A stretch of DNA of 64,000 nucleotides from contig CAVTUQ010000025.1 in NCBI GenBank assembly GCA_963737905.1, positions 288,001 to 352,000 of the forward strand, read 5' to 3'. Position numbers and translations under genes: made by a program. Position 1 is the stretch's first letter. Every line of letters starts with the position of its first letter. Origin of the DNA: an uncultured delta proteobacterium. Its GTDB lineage: Bacteria; Desulfobacterota; Binatia; UBA9968. A model generated the notes under the pieces. It saw nothing but the letters and a program-made list of their open reading frames with translations. It ran no database searches and was not told the DNA's origin. Positions 59,774 through 64,000 of this stretch are shown here, one piece after another.

Positions 59774-60595
59774 ATGAAAAACCTTAAGGCCTTTCAAAAA
59801 AGCCAGTTGATCTACGAATTCGGCATTCTCATACAACCACTCGAAGAACTCGCAAGAGCGAACCGGATACCGTTGCTAAACGAGTATCGGATCGCGATAG
59901 CAAAAGTTCAGGCGGGTGACGGTGCTTGGCGTCGGCAAGTCAAAGCGTTCACTACATTTGCAGCCGACATATTTTTTATCCAAGAGTATCAGGACATCTC
60001 GCATGTTCCCGAGCGATGCTGGGGCGCTTTGAAGGGAGTCATCAATGACCAAGCTTTCCAAAATGACCCAAACCAGCTTAAAGGACGGGTCGCGCAGGAA
60101 ATCGCAAATGCTCGCGAGAGGTTTTTCGAATACATCGACAGGATTCCGCTTGCATGGGAGCCTGTTGTGTTTGAAGCTAATACGCCATTCACGTCGTACT
60201 TGAGAATCAAGGAAGCAATCGTCGCGGTCAAGCAACGTCTGCACTACTTTGATAGGTATCTTAAGCCAGATTTCTTCGCGCTGTTCTTAGTCTCAGTGGA
60301 TAACACCGTTTCAATCCGGCTCGTTACCACTGCCGGTAATACACAATACGGCGTTACCAGTGTTGCTGCTGTGTCAAACCTTGCTCGGCAGCAGTTTGCC
60401 GACTATCAACTGATTGAGGTTGCTCCAACTGATCTACATGATCGCAATTTGCGAGTTGATGATCTGATCTTCTCTCTCGGTCCGGGAGTTGATCGCGCGG
60501 GAATGGCATTGACGAATTTCGGACCGTCGGACAGCTCCTTAGAGGCTCACAACGAATTCGATCGAATAATAGCGGGCGGGCGTGTCGTGTCATAG
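59774..60595 (+). CDS. Cassette hypothetical protein with PLD-like C-terminal domain
   Basis: YFDRYL, IRLVT, LHDR...D...SLG pattern. Confidence 0.6.
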   Translation: MKNLKAFQKSQLIYEFGILIQPLEELARANRIPLLNEYRIAIAKVQAGDGAWRRQVKAFTTFAADIFFIQEYQDISHVPERCWGALKGVINDQAFQNDPNQLKGRVAQEIANARERFFEYIDRIPLAWEPVVFEANTPFTSYLRIKEAIVAVKQRLHYFDRYLKPDFFALFLVSVDNTVSIRLVTTAGNTQYGVTSVAAVSNLARQQFADYQLIEVAPTDLHDRNLRVDDLIFSLGPGVDRAGMALTNFGPSDSSLEAHNEFDRIIAGGRVVS

Positions 60596-60625
60596 TTGTG
60601 TCTATTGGGAACTCACAAGTTCAGG

Positions 60626-60724
60626 CCCTAACAAGCCACTGGAGCAGACGGCCCACCCGACAGATTGTGTGGGTCTACACTCATCTCGTCGTGAGTGGGC
60701 CGCTGCTCACCGGCGGCGTTATGC
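60626..60724 (+). other. attC site
   Basis: CCCTAAC..TGGAGCAG.CGGCCCAC ... GTGGGCCGCTGCTCA..GTTATGC. Confidence 0.85.
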
Positions 60725-60745
60725 GGTCTATGAATTGGATTAATA

Positions 60746-61014
60746 ATGCCAGAGGTTTCTAGGTTCTTCGGAATTATCATTCGCATGTTCGTTGAGGCCG
60801 GAGGACAGCACATATGCCTCACTTCCACGCGTACTATCAGGATCATGTGGGAATCTACGATATCGGCAGGGTCGAGCGTTTGGCCGGCTCCCTTCCGAGA
60901 CGTCAGGAACGCCTTGTGCTAGCGTGGGCAGAGCTTCATCAGGAAGAGTTACTGTCGAATTGGCAGACGTTGCAACAGGGCCGTCCGCCCATTAAGATTG
61001 ATCCATTAAAGTGA
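60746..61014 (+). CDS. DUF4160 family protein (1-nt frameshift near 60811)
   Basis: MPEVSRFFGIIIRMF / PHFHAYY...WAELHQEEL..NW...IDPLK. Confidence 0.8.
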
Positions 61015-61025
61015 GAGGTCCGCCT

Positions 61026-61343
61026 ATGGCTCATGAGATTTATCGGGTTTCCTCGTTTCAGAAGGTAGCGCCATTCACTCTGCGCGTACAGTTTGACGAC
61101 GGTACGTCCCAAATCATCGATTTCGGTCCTGTCCTGAAAGGGGAACTGTACGGTCCTCTGCAAGAGCTAACGCTTTTTGATCAGGTCCGGATCGATCCAG
61201 AGGTCCACACGCTTGTTTGGCCAAACGGTGCAGATTTTGACCCAGCAATTCTTCATAACTGGCCCGAGTCAGGACCGGCACTCAAAGCTCTAGCGGAGCA
61301 GTGGGTCTCCGCAAAGCACGGCATGACCGATTCCGCCACATAA
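61026..61343 (+). CDS. DUF2442 family protein
   Basis: LRVQFDDG, PL....F..V, TLVWPNGADFDP; stop in ACATAAC R'' box. Confidence 0.85.
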   Translation: MAHEIYRVSSFQKVAPFTLRVQFDDGTSQIIDFGPVLKGELYGPLQELTLFDQVRIDPEVHTLVWPNGADFDPAILHNWPESGPALKALAEQWVSAKHGMTDSAT

Positions 61344-61344
61344 C

Positions 61345-62099
61345 CAATAAGGATTGAGACGACTTCCGAGTCGTTTCAATCCTTAGTTCAAGAAGCCCGT
61401 GGTGAGGCAACGATCAATATAAAGGGAAATGGTTGTGAGTGTGGTTTGCGCCGAAGGAAGTGAAGGTCAGATTGGCGGTATGAATCGGCGCGCTGTGAAG
61501 TTGCAGCGGTAGAGTTTACTTAACTTTTGTTTTTTTCTCGCCAGTCTCTCCGCAAAAGAGAGTATCAGAACAAGGTTGGTGGCAAACCTCGGCGCATCCC
61601 CATGAGCTTTCATGTAGCGGAGGAGAAACAGAGGGAGATGAGTATGGTGTTGAAGAGTTTTTTTAACCTGATCGACGCAGAATTTTGAGAGGCGGCAGCA
61701 GCGAGCGCAATTTGAGTAGCCCACCGCAGGTTGGGCAGGTAGCGCCATGAGGAGGATCGACCTCGGGCAGAGGCAGATCGAGAGCGAAACCGTAGCTTAA
61801 TTCGATCAGGGCGCGAATCCGATCGAGTGCAATCTTGCAGTTGGGATTCATAAAGCCGTAGTAGCGGATCTTCATGAAACCAGTGGGCAGCACATGCTGC
61901 AAGAAACGGCGGATGAACTCCATGACATCAAGAGCCAAGATTCTGGAGCGCTGGCTGTGAGGCTTGCGATAGCGAACCAGCACGGTGCGGTCTTGGACGC
62001 CGAGGATGCGCGAGTTGGAGATCGCGACTTTGAAGACGTAGGGAGCGAGATACTTAAGACAAGCTTCACTGGAAGAGACCGCTTGGCAGTTGACGTTCC
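61345..62099 (-). mobile_element. Truncated second IS91-family element (right end plus transposase C-terminus), inverted
   Basis: WNVNCQ...YLAPY...EFIRRFLQHVLPTGFMKIRYYG...CPTC (61663-62099); 17-bp terminal hairpin at 61348-61385 abutting the R'' box. Confidence 0.88.
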
Positions 62100-62100
62100 A

Positions 62101-62181
62101 GGCGAATTGATTCGCCTCATTTCGGCCCGCAAGGCGGACCGGTCAGAGCGGGCCCAATACAGCAGACGGTGGAGACAATGA
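62101..62181 (+). pseudogene. BrnT toxin C-terminal remnant
   Basis: GELIRLISARKADRSERAQY...* with ATGA overlap to the antitoxin. Confidence 0.75.
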
Positions 62182-62396
62182 GAAAACATTACGACTTTTC
62201 CCAGGCCAAACCGAATCCCTACGCCAAACGGCTGAAGAAGGAAGTTACGCTTCGGCTTGATGAGCGGACGGTTAACTATTTCGAGGAACTGTCTGAAGAG
62301 ACGGGGATTCCCTCCCGAACGCTTATTAACCTGTATTTGCGTGAATGCGCCGCAAGTCGGAAGCGGCTGGCTCTTCAATGGAAACCTGCGGCTTAA
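62178..62396 (+). CDS. BrnA/CopG-type antitoxin
   Basis: MRKHYDFS...NPYAKRLKK.VTLRLD...YF...GIP..TLINLYL. Confidence 0.85.
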   Translation: MRKHYDFSQAKPNPYAKRLKKEVTLRLDERTVNYFEELSEETGIPSRTLINLYLRECAASRKRLALQWKPAA

Positions 62397-62404
62397 ATGT
62401 CGCG

Positions 62405-62505
62405 GCCTAACAAACCCACTGCACCCGACCACGACCTTGCTACAGTTCTGAATGAGGGCTCAAGGCCAGAGTCTGGCCGCGTCGGGTGAGCGGGTGCCGT
62501 TAGGC
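62405..62505 (+). other. attC site
   Basis: GCCTAAC..CACCCGAC ... GTCGGGTG..GTTAGGC. Confidence 0.85.
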
Positions 62506-62527
62506 GTGAATGCAGCAAGGGAGGGCA

Positions 62528-62896
62528 ATGATGAAAAAGCTTTTGCTTTTAGCGGTGACGATTTCGATATCGGGTTTCTTTGGCAAGGCTGCGACGGCGC
62601 AAGAAAAAGCGGAGAAGGCGAATGTACCTACCATAACGGTCTTTGTGCAAAATGACCGGGTCAAAGGTTACGAGGGTCACTTCAAACCTGGCGACAAGAG
62701 CGCTGGGATGGCGAAGCGTCCCGCCCGAGTCGAGTTTGCTATCACGGATGGTCAGATGAGGAATTACTATCCGGACGGTAAAACAGAAGAGGTCATGTGG
62801 AAAGCCGGTGAAGTAAAGTGGTCGGAGCCGGCGACTTACCAACAGGAGAATATTGGGACAACAGAATTTAGAATCCGGGTTGTCCAATTGAAGTAA
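62528..62896 (+). CDS. Cassette gene, secreted cupin-like protein
   Basis: Signal peptide; NDRV, PGD, G..KW, NIG..E..V.LK cupin pattern. Confidence 0.65.
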   Translation: MMKKLLLLAVTISISGFFGKAATAQEKAEKANVPTITVFVQNDRVKGYEGHFKPGDKSAGMAKRPARVEFAITDGQMRNYYPDGKTEEVMWKAGEVKWSEPATYQQENIGTTEFRIRVVQLK

Positions 62897-63010
62897 AGTG
62901 CAGCGCTTGAATTTTTGGATATTGCCTTCACTCCTACCATCGGAGCTACGTCGCGAGCTGCTTGGGCTTTAACATTAGGTGAGACACTACGCATATGGTA
63001 GACTACCTCG

Positions 63011-63253
63011 GTGCCAACCGTCTTGAGGAGCGGTCCGTACCGCGTGTACTTTTTCAGCCACGAACCGAACGAACCTCCTCACGTCCACGTGGATCGAGAT
63101 GATTTGTCCGCTAAGTTCTGGCTTCAGCCGTTGGCACTGGCACGGAACTTCGGGTTTCCGCCGCGAGAATTACGGCGGCTCAGCGCTCTGATCGAAGAGA
63201 ACCGAGAAAAACTATTGGAGGCGTGGCATGGGCATATTAGCGCTAAGCGCTGA
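63011..63253 (+). CDS. DUF4160 family protein
   Basis: PTVLR.GPYR.YFFS.E..EPPHVHV...AKFWL. Confidence 0.88.
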   Translation: MPTVLRSGPYRVYFFSHEPNEPPHVHVDRDDLSAKFWLQPLALARNFGFPPRELRRLSALIEENREKLLEAWHGHISAKR

Positions 63254-63539
63254 CGAGCGGGTGCGGGATGTGCGTGTGTCGGAAGACACATTGACTGTCG
63301 ATTTGATGGACGGTCGAACGATCTCCGTACCCTTGGTTTGGTATCCGCGACTGCTGGGTGGGACACCGAAACAGCGATCGAATTGGAAGGTATGCGCGGC
63401 CGGTTACGGTATCCACTGGCCGGATCTGGACGAGGATCTCAGTACAGAGGGTTTATTGCGGGGTGCGCCGGCGCCCGCAGCTTCGGCACGGCGCCTAACC
63501 AACCGCTCCAAGCGACGGCGGAAAGCTCGCCGCGCCTGA
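63228..63539 (+). CDS. DUF2442 family protein
   Basis: L.DGRTISVPL.WYPRL...GIHWPDLDEDLS; C-terminus reads through the attC. Confidence 0.88.
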   Translation: MGILALSADERVRDVRVSEDTLTVDLMDGRTISVPLVWYPRLLGGTPKQRSNWKVCAAGYGIHWPDLDEDLSTEGLLRGAPAPAASARRLTNRSKRRRKARRA

Positions 63540-63554
63540 CCGGAAACGTTTAGC
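63493..63554 (+). other. attC site
   Basis: GCCTAAC...GGCG..AGCTCGCC...GTTTAGC. Confidence 0.7.
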
Positions 63555-63601
63555 CAGCAGAATAAATTTGTGTTAGATTTCAGGGCGTGGAGAAAAGCGA
63601 G

Positions 63602-63826
63602 ATGTCAGTCCCTGAGCCCTTAATCACGACCTCGCCTGATCGGTTAAGCGGGACTCCCGTCTTTGCGGGCACCCGCGTTCCTGTGCAAACCCTTGTCGAT
63701 TACCTTGAAGAAGGCGATTCTCTGGACGATTTTTTGGCCGACTTTCCTAGCGTTTCTCGCGAGCACGCCATCGCGGTGTTGGAGCTCGCAAAATCGGCTC
63801 TCCTTGCCAAGGCTGTTGCCGCATAG
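63602..63826 (+). CDS. DUF433 family antitoxin
   Basis: SGTPVFAGTRVPV...FL.DFPSV. Confidence 0.9.
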   Translation: MSVPEPLITTSPDRLSGTPVFAGTRVPVQTLVDYLEEGDSLDDFLADFPSVSREHAIAVLELAKSALLAKAVAA

Positions 63827-63832
63827 CTGCAA

Positions 63833-64000
63833 GTGCGAGTGCTCCTCGATGGCTGCGTGCCGAGCCGCCTAGCCGATGAATTGCCAGACCACGAGGTTAA
63901 CACGGCGCCGGAAATGGGCTGGGCGAATCTCGACGACGGGCCCCTCCTTGATGCTATGGCCGAGCGGTTCGACGTACTTGTTACCGTGGACCAGAGTCTT
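63833..64000 (+). CDS. DUF5615 PIN-like toxin (partial)
   Basis: MRVLLDGCVP...EMGW....DG.LL....FDVLVTVDQ; follows DUF433. Confidence 0.82.
   Translation, partial: MRVLLDGCVPSRLADELPDHEVNTAPEMGWANLDDGPLLDAMAERFDVLVTVDQSL

Overview
64-kb bacterial chromosome segment. Gene content resembles Deltaproteobacteria/Binatia, which is inference only. The housekeeping and metabolic backbone includes a CCA-adding enzyme fragment, an M16 peptidase pair, UbiD, ChdC-like, a three-subunit Co-type nitrile/thiocyanate hydrolase, pckG, rimP-nusA-ylxR-infB-DUF503-rbfA-truB, ntrBC, thiE, dnaB, queF, an NAD-linked formate dehydrogenase, ilvD, TAXI-TRAP and K+ antiporters. Two integron-type cassette regions interrupt it. 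The first (about 22.1-28.9 kb) is an integrase-less attC array after thiE, with a diverged duplicate of the thiE 3' end and an IS4 insertion. The second (about 54.1-64 kb) has an intI C-terminal remnant co-oriented with the cassettes, a putative Pc/attI and cassettes rich in toxin-antitoxin and nuclease-like genes, one attC being invaded by a group II intron. The most striking signal is a 2.5-kb tyrosine recombinase + IS91-type HUH transposase element in the first cassette position. Its two ends are complementary, so an excised circle would fold into an attC-like hairpin. Two further ends of this element type also abut integron GTT cores (about 24.0 and 61.35 kb), suggesting a self-mobilising element that targets integrons. 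Many 1-nt indels in short homopolymers suggest long-read consensus errors. No rRNA, tRNA or CRISPR array was seen.
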